A stretch of 64,000 bases of DNA from Terriglobia bacterium (GCA_020073205.1 JAIQFR010000012.1:747-64746), one strand, 5' to 3'. Shown: positions 47,489 through 57,092, counted from the first letter of the stretch. Program-made: numbers and translations. Notes: generated from the letters alone by a model not told the origin.

Positions 47489-48271
47489 ATGTCCGTCGAT
47501 CGCCGGGGATTCCTGAAGGAGGGCGGGAGGCTCCTGGTCCTCTCCGCCGCGGCCGCCAGCGCCCTCGATCTCGTGCTGGCCGGCCGCCCCGAGGAGGCCG
47601 ATGCCTACAAGCTCGCCGACCACTGGTGGGGCATGATCATCGACATCAACAAGTGCATCGGCTGCGGCAATTGCGTGCGCGCGTGCAAGATCGAGAACGA
47701 CGTCCTCAAGGAGCCGTACTACTTCCGCACCTGGGTCGAGCGATACCACGTGCCGGCCAAGGACCTCGTGCGCCCCGAGGCCGAGGACCACCCCGAGGTG
47801 GACTCCCCGAACGGCGGGTTCGACGGGTTCAAGGAGAAGTACCACGCCGGGGACGGCTCGAAGAACTTCTTCGTCCCGAAGCTCTGCAACCACTGCGCAC
47901 ATTCCCCGTGCGTGCAGGTCTGCCCGGTGGGCGCGACGTTCGAGAGCCCCGACGGCGTCGTGCTGGTGGACAAGACGTACTGCCTCGGCTGCCGGTACTG
48001 CGTCCAGGCGTGCCCCTACGGCTGCCGGTTCATCGACCCGCGCACCGAGACCGTGGACAAGTGCAGCCTCTGCTACCACCGGATCACGAAGGGGCTGACC
48101 ACCGCCTGCTGCGAGACGTGCCCCACCGGCGCGCGGACCCTCGGCGACCTCAAGGACCCCCGCGATCCGATCCACGAGTTCCTGAGGACCCACGGCGTGC
48201 AGGTGCTGAAGCCGCAGATGGCCACCGGCGCCAAGGCCTACTACAACGGCCTCGACGGCTCGGTGAGGTAG
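47489..48271 (+). CDS. Tat-exported 4Fe-4S dicluster subunit (NrfC/PsrB-like, module 2)
   Basis: ATG 47489 inside listed ORF 47213..48271. Twin-arginine RRGFLK. Cys clusters CIGCGNCVRAC, CNHCAHSPC, CLGCRYCVQACP and CSLC...CCETCP. Confidence 0.9.
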   Translation: MSVDRRGFLKEGGRLLVLSAAAASALDLVLAGRPEEADAYKLADHWWGMIIDINKCIGCGNCVRACKIENDVLKEPYYFRTWVERYHVPAKDLVRPEAEDHPEVDSPNGGFDGFKEKYHAGDGSKNFFVPKLCNHCAHSPCVQVCPVGATFESPDGVVLVDKTYCLGCRYCVQACPYGCRFIDPRTETVDKCSLCYHRITKGLTTACCETCPTGARTLGDLKDPRDPIHEFLRTHGVQVLKPQMATGAKAYYNGLDGSVR

Positions 48272-48278
48272 CGAAGCG

Positions 48279-49451
48279 ATGGAGAGCGTGCTGCAGGGCG
48301 TCCAGGGCTTCATGTACCCCAACGAGGTGGAGCTCCAGTGGAGCATCCTCATCGTGCTCTACCCGTTCGTGACCGGGCTCGTCGCCGGCGCGTTCATCCT
48401 CGCCTCGCTCGAGCGGGTCTTCAACGTCGAGGCGGTGAAGCCCACCTACCGGCTCGCGCTCCTCACCGCACTGGCGTTCCTGATCGCGGCGCCGCTCCCG
48501 CTGCAGCTCCACCTCGGCCACCCGGAGCGCTCGTACGAGATGTACACGACGCCGCACACCAGCTCCGCCATGGCGATGTTCGGCTTCGTGTACCTGTGGT
48601 ACCTGCTGGCGGTGCTGGTCTTCGAGATCTGGCTCGACTACCGCAAGGACATCGTGCTCACGGCCCGGGCCAGCCGCGGGGCGAAGCGCCTCCTGTACCG
48701 GGCCCTCTCCCTGGGCTCGGACGACATCAGCCCCCGCTCGCTCGAGATCGACTCGAGGGTCGGGAGGTTCGTCACGATCGTCGGGATCCCGTCCGCGTTC
48801 CTCCTCCACGGCTACGTGGGGTTCATCTTCGGCTCCGTGAAGGCGAACCCGTGGTGGTCGACGCCGCTGATGCCCATCGTGTTCCTGTTCTCGGCCATCG
48901 TGTCCGGCATCGCCGCCGTGCTGCTCCTCTACATGGCCCTGTCGTGGGCGCGGGGACGCCAGCCCGACATGGCGTGCGTGGACACCATGGGCCGCTACCT
49001 CCTGTACGCGTTCATCATCGACTTCTCCCTCGAGATGCTGGACCTCATCCACCGGATCTACGAGGCCGACGAGTCGTTCAAGAGCCTCGACTTCATGGTC
49101 CACACGCGGCTGTACACGTCGCAGGTGATCCTGCAGATCATCGTGGGCACCCTCGTCCCGATCGGGCTCCTCGCCCTGGTCCAGGTCGTGCGGACCACCG
49201 CGCCCGCCCGGAAGGGGTTCTACGTCGCCGCCGGGGCGCTGACCCTCGTCGGCATCTTCGCGATGCGCTGGAACGTCGTGATCGGCGGGCAGCTGTTCTC
49301 CAAGAGCTTCCTCGGGTACACGACCTACAAGATGCACTTCGCCACCCGCGAGGGACTGTTGCCCGCGATCCTCGTGCTGCTCCTTCCGTTCGGGATCCTC
49401 TGGGAACTGCTGAAACTGCTGCCTCCCTGGCCGGACGAGGGATCCGCGTAG
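48279..49451 (+). CDS. NrfD/PsrC-family membrane subunit (module 2)
   Basis: The 390-aa polytopic membrane protein lies immediately after the FeS subunit. Its helix pattern resembles the module-1 NrfD-like protein. Confidence 0.87.
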   Translation: MESVLQGVQGFMYPNEVELQWSILIVLYPFVTGLVAGAFILASLERVFNVEAVKPTYRLALLTALAFLIAAPLPLQLHLGHPERSYEMYTTPHTSSAMAMFGFVYLWYLLAVLVFEIWLDYRKDIVLTARASRGAKRLLYRALSLGSDDISPRSLEIDSRVGRFVTIVGIPSAFLLHGYVGFIFGSVKANPWWSTPLMPIVFLFSAIVSGIAAVLLLYMALSWARGRQPDMACVDTMGRYLLYAFIIDFSLEMLDLIHRIYEADESFKSLDFMVHTRLYTSQVILQIIVGTLVPIGLLALVQVVRTTAPARKGFYVAAGALTLVGIFAMRWNVVIGGQLFSKSFLGYTTYKMHFATREGLLPAILVLLLPFGILWELLKLLPPWPDEGSA

Positions 49452-49542
49452 CCGTTCCCGCCGGCCGCGCCTCGCTGGACGCGGAGGGGATCGGGGTCCA
49501 CGTTGTCGGCCGGGCCGTCCGGCGGCCCGAGGGGGCGAGATC

Positions 49543-49953
49543 ATGGACAAGGACCGAGGCGAGCTGTTGAGGGATCTCGGATACTCCGAGAAGGCGATCC
49601 GGTTCATCGCCGAGGACAGGAACTTCGGCCAGCTCCCGGTCTTCTCGGTGAAGTCGTCGCACCAGGGACAGTGCGGCGACGTGCTGCGACTCTACCTCGA
49701 CGTGGACCGCGGCGTCATTCGCGAGGCCAGCTTCGAGCACGTCGGGTGCACGGGGCTCCAGGCCAGTGCGGCCGGCGTGACCACGATGATCCGCGGAATG
49801 ACGCTCGACGACGCGGCGAAGCTCGACGTCAAGGACATCGTGGACTTCCTGGGGAAGATCCCGGACGCCAAGCTCGACTGCGCCCAGCTCGCCCGCGACA
49901 CCTTGCGGAAGGCGATCCAGGAGCTGAAGCAGGCCTCGACCCCGGCCTCCTGA
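49543..49953 (+). CDS. NifU-N/IscU-like Fe-S cluster scaffold domain protein
   Basis: The 136-aa product has the three scaffold Cys contexts GQCGDV, VGCTGLQAS and LDCAQLA. Confidence 0.75.
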   Translation: MDKDRGELLRDLGYSEKAIRFIAEDRNFGQLPVFSVKSSHQGQCGDVLRLYLDVDRGVIREASFEHVGCTGLQASAAGVTTMIRGMTLDDAAKLDVKDIVDFLGKIPDAKLDCAQLARDTLRKAIQELKQASTPAS

Positions 49954-49970
49954 GGAGCGAGAAGGCGGGA

Positions 49971-50004
49971 CCCGGCCGGGGATCGGCAGCGATCCCCGGC
50001 CGGG
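49971..50004. terminator. Perfect 15-bp-stem hairpin between convergent genes (bidirectional terminator candidate)
   Basis: CCCGGCCGGGGATCG-gcag-CGATCCCCGGCCGGG, exact reverse complements. It starts 18 nt after the IscU-like stop and ends 19 nt before the convergent gene's stop. There is no U-tract. Confidence 0.55.
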
Positions 50005-50022
50005 CAGGCGGTGAGACGGGGG

Positions 50023-50583
50023 TCAGTGTTCGTGCTCGACGCTTTCGACGTCGATTTCGGGCTCGAACTGACACTCCATCCCTTCGAGGAGCTTGAACGA
50101 AAGGTCCACTTTGAAGTCGAGGGTGATGGTCACCGGCTGGCCTTCCACCGCCGTGAACGAGACCATGCGCTCCACCGTCACGCCGGCATGAGGCAGAGTG
50201 ATCGTGATCGTGGTCCCGTTGGCGAGGACCAGCTCCGAGCCGGCGATCGTCACGCGAATGCGGTCATACGTCCCGGCGGGGACCGCTCCCGCGGCCAGGG
50301 TCAGCGTCTTGCCGTTGACGAGGGTCAGCAGGTCGATGGTCATCGGGAACGTTCCGGACACCGGGACCCAGACCCCCTGCGAATCACGGACCTCGATGGC
50401 GGAGAACGTGACGTTCGCCTGGGAGAAGGCCGGCGAGGTCTCGTCGTGGATCACGATGTTGAGACGCGCCTGCCCGGGGCCGAGCATCCCGCCGCTTCCG
50501 CCGCCGGAGCTCGAGCAGGCGGCGGAGACCATCGCGACGACGACCAGGGCGAGCAGCGAAAGCGATCTTCGCGTGGGGGCCAT
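50023..50583 (-). CDS. DUF4382-like lipoprotein
   Basis: Listed ORF 50023..50652 was trimmed to ATG 50583 (GGAGGTG upstream). MAPTRRSLSLLALVVVAMVSAACSS is a lipobox signal. The beta-rich body fits DUF4382 (IEVRDSQG.W..V). Confidence 0.7.
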   Translation of the reverse strand: MAPTRRSLSLLALVVVAMVSAACSSSGGGSGGMLGPGQARLNIVIHDETSPAFSQANVTFSAIEVRDSQGVWVPVSGTFPMTIDLLTLVNGKTLTLAAGAVPAGTYDRIRVTIAGSELVLANGTTITITLPHAGVTVERMVSFTAVEGQPVTITLDFKVDLSFKLLEGMECQFEPEIDVESVEHEH

Positions 50584-50674
50584 GGCGGGTTCACCTCCGT
50601 GCGACGTTCGGAACCGGGAACTTCCCCCCGCGCCGATGAATGCGCAAGCCACGTGCCCCTACGCCCTCGGCGAC

Positions 50675-50688
50675 TTGACCCGGGTCAA
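50675..50688. promoter_or_regulatory. Perfect 14-bp palindrome TTGACCCGGGTCAA (operator candidate)
   Basis: It is an exact self-complement, located in the 291-bp divergent intergenic region 50584..50874. Confidence 0.3.
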
Positions 50689-50862
50689 CAGGGGCCGAAC
50701 GGGCCGGAATGGGGAGCATTCGGCCCACCGCGCGCGTCCCGGGCGACCGGGAGGCCGCGCGGGTCGGCCGGCGAGGGGTGTAACCGTTACCGAGGGCGTG
50801 CAAAGAGGAAGGGCCCCTAGGGCATCGCCTCGTGGGGTGGTGGCTGCGGAGCCGGGTGCCGG

Positions 50863-50868
50863 TAGAAT
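50863..50868 (+). promoter_or_regulatory. -10-like TAGAAT placed 6 nt before the ATG (possible leaderless transcript)
   Basis: TAGAAT-gtcctc-ATG(50875). No Shine-Dalgarno fits in the gap and the -35 is poor. Confidence 0.3.
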
Positions 50869-50874
50869 GTCCTC

Positions 50875-51618
50875 ATGCGAATCTACCTCGCCCGTTGGGT
50901 ATGCCTCGACGTGGAATCCAACCTGGAGCGCGTGGGAGTGGAGGCCACCGCCGCGGCCGTCGCGGGAGCGGGGGTCTGCGTGTACCCCGAGGGATTCCTC
51001 CACGGCTACGAGCGGAAGGTCGAGCCCGACCGGGTTCGGAGGACCTTCGCGGCGGTGTCGCGGGAGCACCCGGAGATCGCGTTCTGCTTCGGCTCGTTCT
51101 CCGAGGATCGCCGCAACCGGATGACGCTCTGGCGAGCCGGCGAGGAGATCGCCCGCTACGACAAGGTCCACCTGTTCCGCCCGTTCGGCGAGCCGACGAT
51201 CTGGGAGCCGGGCGACCGGTACGTCGCGGTCCGCCTGGGGGAGTGGACCGTCGGGCTCGTCCTGTGCAACGACCTGCGGTTCCCCGAGCAGGCGCGCGCC
51301 ATGCGCCTCGCGGCCCGGGTCGATGCGCTCCTGGTCGTGGCTTGGTGGCCCTGGCGGCGGGACCACGTCTGGCGAACCCTGCTGAGGGCGCGCGCGATCG
51401 AGAACGGCGTGTTCGTCGCCGGGTGCTGCGTCGCCGCGTCCGAATTCCCGGGGGAGCGCTTCGCCGGGGCGGGCAACCACGTGTTCGACCCGCTCGGCGA
51501 TGCGGTCCGGACCGCCGACGACCGGGTCTACGACCTGGACCGGGCGCGCCTCGGCGCGCTCGTGGTGGACCCGCTGGAGGACCACGTGAGGATCGATCGC
51601 GTCGAGGTGCTCCCTTGA
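50875..51618 (+). CDS. Carbon-nitrogen hydrolase (nitrilase superfamily)
   Basis: Glu-Lys-Cys triad contexts: VYPEG, DKVHLF, LVLCNDLRFPE. Confidence 0.85.
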   Translation: MRIYLARWVCLDVESNLERVGVEATAAAVAGAGVCVYPEGFLHGYERKVEPDRVRRTFAAVSREHPEIAFCFGSFSEDRRNRMTLWRAGEEIARYDKVHLFRPFGEPTIWEPGDRYVAVRLGEWTVGLVLCNDLRFPEQARAMRLAARVDALLVVAWWPWRRDHVWRTLLRARAIENGVFVAGCCVAASEFPGERFAGAGNHVFDPLGDAVRTADDRVYDLDRARLGALVVDPLEDHVRIDRVEVLP

Positions 51619-51638
51619 GCGATCCCGAGGAGGGTGCC

Positions 51639-52739
51639 ATGGACGAGGGCTCGGGTCGCCGCATTCGCGGCTTGGCGGAGTACCACCTTCTCGGCCGGAG
51701 CGGGCTCAGGGTCTCGCCGCTCTGTCTCGGCACGATGACGTTCGGCACGGAGTGGGGGTGGGGCGCCGACGAGACCGTCGCCCGTGCGATGTTCCACCGG
51801 TACCTCGAGGCCGGCGGGAACTTCATCGACACCGCGGACGGGTACACCGGCGGCCGCAGCGAGGAGATGCTGGGCCGTTTCCTCCGCGACGCGGGAAACC
51901 GCGACCGGGTGGTGCTGGCCACGAAGTTCACGTTCAACGGGTTCCCCGGCGATCCCAACGCCGGCGGGAACGGGCGGAAGAACGTCTTCCGCGCCCTCGA
52001 GGGCTCGTTGCGGCGGCTCCAGACCGATTACATGGACCTCTACTGGCTCCACGCCTGGGACGGGCTGACCCCCGTCGACGAGGTCCTGTCCACCCTCGAC
52101 GCGCTCGTGCGCGCGGGGAAGGTCCGGTACATCGGGCTGAGCGACACGCCGGCGTGGTATCTCGCCCGGGGCCAGACGATCGCAGAGCTCCGCGGCCTGG
52201 AGCGGATCTCGGCGCTCCAGCTCGAGTACTCGCTGGTCGAGCGGAACATCGAGCGGGAGCACGTCCCCGCCGCGCTCGAGCTGGGCATGGGGATCTGCGT
52301 GTGGAGCCCTCTCGCGGGGGGCCTTCTGAGCGGCAAGTACGCGCGCGCCGGCCAGGGGGCGTCCGGCGAGGGACGCCTTCAGGCAACCGCAGGCTCTCCG
52401 AATCCTGCGTTCCGGAAATTCACCGATTGGAACTGGCGGATCCTCGACGTGCTTCGGGACGCGTCGAACGAGATCGGCCGCTCCCCGGCGCAGGTCGCGA
52501 TCAACTGGATCACGAAGCGGCAGGCGGTCGCCTCGACGATCGTCGGCGCCACGCAGGTCGATCAGCTCGAGGACGACCTCCGGGCGCTCGAGTTCGACCT
52601 CCCCGACGGGATCGCGACGCGGCTGGAGGAGGCGGGGCGCCCCGACCTCGTCTTCCCGTACATGTTCTTCTCCCCGGTGCTGCAGGGGATGATCAGCGGC
52701 GGCGTCCCGGTGCGGAGGGAGCCGCGCTGGTTCCGCTGA
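51639..52739 (+). CDS. Aldo/keto reductase
   Basis: ATG 51639 inside listed ORF 50832..52739. LGTMTFG, IDTADGYTGGRSEE, LYWLHAWD and the GLSD motifs. Confidence 0.9.
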   Translation: MDEGSGRRIRGLAEYHLLGRSGLRVSPLCLGTMTFGTEWGWGADETVARAMFHRYLEAGGNFIDTADGYTGGRSEEMLGRFLRDAGNRDRVVLATKFTFNGFPGDPNAGGNGRKNVFRALEGSLRRLQTDYMDLYWLHAWDGLTPVDEVLSTLDALVRAGKVRYIGLSDTPAWYLARGQTIAELRGLERISALQLEYSLVERNIEREHVPAALELGMGICVWSPLAGGLLSGKYARAGQGASGEGRLQATAGSPNPAFRKFTDWNWRILDVLRDASNEIGRSPAQVAINWITKRQAVASTIVGATQVDQLEDDLRALEFDLPDGIATRLEEAGRPDLVFPYMFFSPVLQGMISGGVPVRREPRWFR

Positions 52740-52760
52740 TCGAGGCCGCAGACGCGGCGC

Positions 52761-53528
52761 TCAGGCGACGTCGAAACAGAGGCTGCAACAGGTCACGGCG
52801 CCCTCGGCCTTCGCCAGCTCCGACACGTCCACGGTCACCACCCGGATCCCCCGCGCCTCGAGACGGCGGAGGGTCCTGGGAAATGCCGAAGGGTAGACGA
52901 CCGTTCCGCCGACGAGCAGGGCGTTGGCGGCGAACGGCTCCGACGGCTCGATCTCGATCCGGTCGTGGGCGGCGAAGGCGCCGGGGTCCGCCCAGCCCGG
53001 ATGGATCAGCACGCCGTCGTCCGAGATCCGCGTGACCGCGGACTTCAGGTGCAGGCAGCCGGAGAGGGACACGGGCCTCACCTCGTATCCGAAGGGCGAC
53101 ACGATCCGGCAGAGCTCATCGACTCCCCGCGCGTCCGTCCGGGACGACCGGCCCACGAAGATCGTCTTCTCGAGCACGAGGACGTCGCCGCCGTCCAGAG
53201 TCGCCGGCGACGGGATCGTGGCGGTCGGCCGGTACGGTCGAACCGCCTCGGCGACGGCGACCACCTCGGGCCGCCGCGAGGGCGCACCCGGACGGGTCAG
53301 GATCGCGATCTCGTCCAGCACGACCGCGACGTCCTCGACGAAGACGGAGTCGGGCATGTCCGGCTCCGCCGGGAGCCGCAGGATCGCGCAGCCCAGGTCC
53401 GTCAGGCGGCGCTCGTACCGATGGTGCTGATCCCGCGCGCGCTCGGGGTCGATCGGCTGGCGCGCGACGTGGGTCAGCTCGCATCGTGCGAGGGCCGGGC
53501 TCACTTCCCTGGTGATCGCCAGCTTCAT
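52761..53528 (-). CDS. Dimethylarginine dimethylaminohydrolase-like / amidinotransferase-superfamily enzyme
   Basis: Listed ORF 52761..54842 was trimmed to ATG 53528 (MKLAITREVSP...). DSVFVED, GCLHLKS and the near-C-terminal nucleophile Cys context EGAVTCCSL. Confidence 0.8.
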   Translation of the reverse strand: MKLAITREVSPALARCELTHVARQPIDPERARDQHHRYERRLTDLGCAILRLPAEPDMPDSVFVEDVAVVLDEIAILTRPGAPSRRPEVVAVAEAVRPYRPTATIPSPATLDGGDVLVLEKTIFVGRSSRTDARGVDELCRIVSPFGYEVRPVSLSGCLHLKSAVTRISDDGVLIHPGWADPGAFAAHDRIEIEPSEPFAANALLVGGTVVYPSAFPRTLRRLEARGIRVVTVDVSELAKAEGAVTCCSLCFDVA

Positions 53529-53681
53529 GGAGCGTTGCCTCCCGGAGCTCCGGAATCCGCGGGACGCGCGGACCCGCATAGCATACGATGGCTGAACGCC
53601 CGGAGGCTGCGACGGCTGATCGCGACCGCGCTCGCCGATCCGCAGGGAGTCCGCCGCGCGCCCCGCAACGTGGAGGTCGCC

Positions 53682-54875
53682 ATGCGCCATCGATCGTCGA
53701 TCCCCCGCACCGCCCTCGCAGCGATCCTGGCCGCCGCCGGATTCGCGGCCCAACTCCCCGCCCGCGCCGAGGAGTCGAAGCCGCCGGCCCCTCGGGCCCG
53801 GTGCGAGGAAGCGATCCCGGCCGTGTACGACCGGGTCTCGCCCGCCGTGGTCTCGATCGCGGCGATGTCCGTGAACCCCTACGATCTGGACGAGCGCATG
53901 ACCCGGGTGGTCGGCTCCGGAGTGATCGTCGACAAGTCGGGGCTCGTCCTGACCAACTCCCACGTGGTCTTCTCGCGGCAGGTCATCACGGTGACGCTGG
54001 ACGATGGGTCCACGCTCCCGGCCCGCCTCGTCGGGGCCGACCCGATCTTCGACGTCGCGCTGGTCCGCATCCCCACGCCGAGTTCCGGCGAGCTGCCCGT
54101 CGCCCGACTCGGAGATTCGGAGAACGTCCCGGTGGGTGAGGAGGTTCTCGCGATCGGGAACCCGTTCGGCCTCGACCAGACGCTCACCCGTGGGATCGTC
54201 TCCGCGGTCAACCGGCTGCTCCCCAACATCCCGCTCTCGCTCACCGAGCCGCTGATCCAGACCGACGCCCCCATCAACCCCGGGAGCTCGGGAGGGCCCC
54301 TGATGGACCGATGCGGCGACGTGATCGGCATCACGACCGCGATCCTCCCCGAGGCGCAGAACATCGGATTCGCGATCCCGATCGATCTGATCCGGGGGGT
54401 GCTCCCGTCGCTGGTCGAGCACGGCCGGGTGATCCGGCCCTGGCTCGGAGTCCAGGGCCAGCTCGTGAGCCGACCCCTCAAGGACCTCCTCCGCGTCCCT
54501 CTCGTGGACGGCTTCCTGGTCGAGGTCGTCGAGCCCGGTAGTCCCGCGGAGAAGGCGGGACTGCACGGCGGCCGGCTCGACCTCACGATCGGCGGCGACA
54601 CCGTGTTGATCGGGGGGGACGTGATCACCGAAATCGACGGATCGCCCGTGTCGGATCTCGAGAAGATCGACAGGGCGCTGCGTTCGCTCGAGGTCGGCGC
54701 GACGACACACCTCAAGATCTTTCACGACGGAGCGACGCGCGAGGTGGACATCACCCTCGTCGAGCGGCCGCTGCTCCCGGAGGACGTCCCCTTCCGCCGC
54801 TCGGAGAGCCCGAGGAATACCACCGCGAGGTCGGGCGCCCACGCTCCCTTCCGCGGCATCCGGCGCGGAATCTGA
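53682..54875 (+). CDS. HtrA/DegP-family serine protease with PDZ domain
   Basis: ATG 53682 inside listed ORF 52965..54875. Signal peptide. Triad contexts TNSHVV, DVALVR and GSSGGPL. PDZ region (GFLVEVVEPGSPAEKAGL). Confidence 0.92.
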   Translation: MRHRSSIPRTALAAILAAAGFAAQLPARAEESKPPAPRARCEEAIPAVYDRVSPAVVSIAAMSVNPYDLDERMTRVVGSGVIVDKSGLVLTNSHVVFSRQVITVTLDDGSTLPARLVGADPIFDVALVRIPTPSSGELPVARLGDSENVPVGEEVLAIGNPFGLDQTLTRGIVSAVNRLLPNIPLSLTEPLIQTDAPINPGSSGGPLMDRCGDVIGITTAILPEAQNIGFAIPIDLIRGVLPSLVEHGRVIRPWLGVQGQLVSRPLKDLLRVPLVDGFLVEVVEPGSPAEKAGLHGGRLDLTIGGDTVLIGGDVITEIDGSPVSDLEKIDRALRSLEVGATTHLKIFHDGATREVDITLVERPLLPEDVPFRRSESPRNTTARSGAHAPFRGIRRGI

Positions 54876-54891
54876 CCTCGAACGCCGAGGC

Positions 54892-56472
54892 TCAGTGCGC
54901 GCCGGGCACAGGACCGTGGTGCTGCGGCTTCCGCATGAGCGGGATCAGCAGCAGCATGGACGCGAACATCACCGCCATCAGGAAGAAGACGTCGTTGTAG
55001 GACATCATCGCGGCCTGCTGCTGGACGCGTCCGAAGAGCGCCGCCGCTGCCTGTTTCTCGGCGGTCGCCGGGTCCACGCCGCGCTGGACCAGAGCGCCGG
55101 CGATCCCCTGGAGCTCCGCGCGCGACGCGAGGCCGTAGACGTCCACGTGCCCGCCGAGGAAGTTGGTGTGGATCTGGGCGCGGCGGGCCAGGAGGGTCGT
55201 CGAGGTGGCGATGCCGACGGAGCCGCCGATGTTGCGCAGCAGGTTGAAGATGCTGGTGGCGTTCCCCATCCGCTCCTTCGGAATCGGGTCGTTGGTGATC
55301 GTGGTCAGCGGGATGAACAGCAGACCCATCGCCCCTCCCTGGATGACCAGGGCCCAGAAGAAGTTCCAGTACCCCACGTCGAGCGACATGCGCGACAGCA
55401 GGATCAGGGACGACGACACGAAGACGACCCCGGCGGCCAGGAGCTTCCTCGGCTCGACCTTGGTCATCATGAGGCCGATCAGCGGCATCATGACGAACGA
55501 GGTCGCCCCCCGCGGCAGGGTCGCGAGACCGGCCTCGAACGCGGAATACCCGAGCAGCGTTTGCATGAACAGGGGAAGGAGCACGGTGCTCCCGTAGAGG
55601 ACGAAGCCGAGCACCGTGATGAGAAATACTCCGGCCGCGAACGTCCGGTTTCGGAAGACGGAAAGATCCACGATCGGGTGCTCCGCGCGGAGCTCCCGGG
55701 CGATCAGCGCGGCGAGCCCCACCCCCGCCAGGACCGCGAGCGTCACGATGAACCGGGACTCGAACCAGTCCTCCTGCTGCCCCTTGTCCAGCATGATCTG
55801 GAGGGCGCCGATCCCGAGGACCAGGAGCCCCATCCCCCAGTAGTCCACCCGCCCCGAGCCGCGCTTGATGTAGTGCGGGTCGAACACGTAGAGCTGCGTC
55901 ATCGTGATCGCGAACAGACCGATGGGGATGTTGATGTAGAACACCCAGCGCCAGCTGTAGTTGTCCGTGAGCCATCCGCCGAGCACCGGCCCGAGCATCG
56001 GGGCGACCACGATGCCGAGCCCCCAGAACGCCATGGCCATCCCGCGCTTCCGCGGGGGGAACGCCTCCAGCATGATCGCCTGGGAGAGCGGCTGGAGCCC
56101 GCCGCCAGTGATCCCCTGAACCACGCGGAAGAGGATCAAAAGCGGCAGGCTCGGTGCGAGGCCGCAGAGGAACGACGAAGCGGTGAACCCGATCACCGAG
56201 CCCATCAGGAGCCGCTTCCTGCCGAAGAAGTTGGCGAGCCAGCCGGTCATCGGGAGCACGATCGCGTTCGCGACGAGATAGGAGGTCAGCACCCAGGTCG
56301 CTTCCTCGTTGGAAGAGGACAGGGTCCCCGCGATGTGGGGAAGCGACACGTTGACCACCGTCGTGTCCAGCACCTCCATGAAGGTGCTGGCCATGACGGC
56401 GATCGCGACGATCCACGGGTTGACCTCGACGCCCGTCGCGACGCCCGTCCCGTTGCCGGCGGCCTCGCTCAA
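54892..56472 (-). CDS. MFS drug:H+ antiporter, DHA2 (EmrB/QacA-like, 14-TM type)
   Basis: Listed ORF 54892..56889 was trimmed to TTG 56472 (GGGAGG upstream; TTGA overlap with the upstream stop). LDTTVVNVSLPHIAG, GWLANFFGRKR and GGLQPL are DHA2 motifs. Confidence 0.88.
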   Translation of the reverse strand: MSEAAGNGTGVATGVEVNPWIVAIAVMASTFMEVLDTTVVNVSLPHIAGTLSSSNEEATWVLTSYLVANAIVLPMTGWLANFFGRKRLLMGSVIGFTASSFLCGLAPSLPLLILFRVVQGITGGGLQPLSQAIMLEAFPPRKRGMAMAFWGLGIVVAPMLGPVLGGWLTDNYSWRWVFYINIPIGLFAITMTQLYVFDPHYIKRGSGRVDYWGMGLLVLGIGALQIMLDKGQQEDWFESRFIVTLAVLAGVGLAALIARELRAEHPIVDLSVFRNRTFAAGVFLITVLGFVLYGSTVLLPLFMQTLLGYSAFEAGLATLPRGATSFVMMPLIGLMMTKVEPRKLLAAGVVFVSSSLILLSRMSLDVGYWNFFWALVIQGGAMGLLFIPLTTITNDPIPKERMGNATSIFNLLRNIGGSVGIATSTTLLARRAQIHTNFLGGHVDVYGLASRAELQGIAGALVQRGVDPATAEKQAAAALFGRVQQQAAMMSYNDVFFLMAVMFASMLLLIPLMRKPQHHGPVPGAH

Positions 56473-57092
56473 CCGGGCGCCTCCCGCCGGCCCATCGCGC
56501 AGACGACCATCCGCACGGCGGCCTCGACGCCGATCCGCGAGTTCACCATGAGGTCGTAGAGCTCGCGCGCCGTCCGATCGCAGCCGTAGTAGTGCTGCAC
56601 GTAGGCGGCGCGCGTCCGGTCCGCCCGCTCCATCTCGATCCGGGCGGCCGCCTCCCCGCCGTGGCGACGGGCGAGCCGGCGCACGCGGTCCTCGGCCGGG
56701 GCGTAGACGAACACGTGAAGCGCGTCGGTCCGGTCCCGGAGGATGCACTGGGCGCCCCGGCCGAGAATGACGCAGCTCCCCTGCGCGGCCGCCTCCAGGA
56801 TCACCCGCCGGGTCAGCTCGGCCATGAGGTCCGCGTCGAACACGTCCCCGCGCGGCGCCGCGGCGAACGAGTCCGCGCTGCCGGCCCACAATCCCTTCGC
56901 CATGCGGACCATCCAGGGGTTGAGCCGCTCGTCGTACTCCGCCGCGGCCTCGTTAGGGACGTCCGCCCTCCGCGCGACCTCGGCGATCAGCTCACGGTCC
57001 ACCAGCCGCCAGGCGAGCCCCTCCGCGACCCGCCGGGCGATCTCCCGTCCTCCGCTGCCGTATTCGCGGGCGAGGGTGATGACGTTCTTCAT
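56469..57092 (-). CDS. Cytidylate-kinase-like family (P-loop NMP-kinase fold) protein
   Basis: ITLAREYGSGGREIARRVAE (P-loop-like G-S-G-G-R), with length and layout as in the cytidylate kinase-like 2 family. It sits between the HlyD-like and MFS genes. Confidence 0.7.
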   Translation of the reverse strand: MKNVITLAREYGSGGREIARRVAEGLAWRLVDRELIAEVARRADVPNEAAAEYDERLNPWMVRMAKGLWAGSADSFAAAPRGDVFDADLMAELTRRVILEAAAQGSCVILGRGAQCILRDRTDALHVFVYAPAEDRVRRLARRHGGEAAARIEMERADRTRAAYVQHYYGCDRTARELYDLMVNSRIGVEAAVRMVVCAMGRREAPG

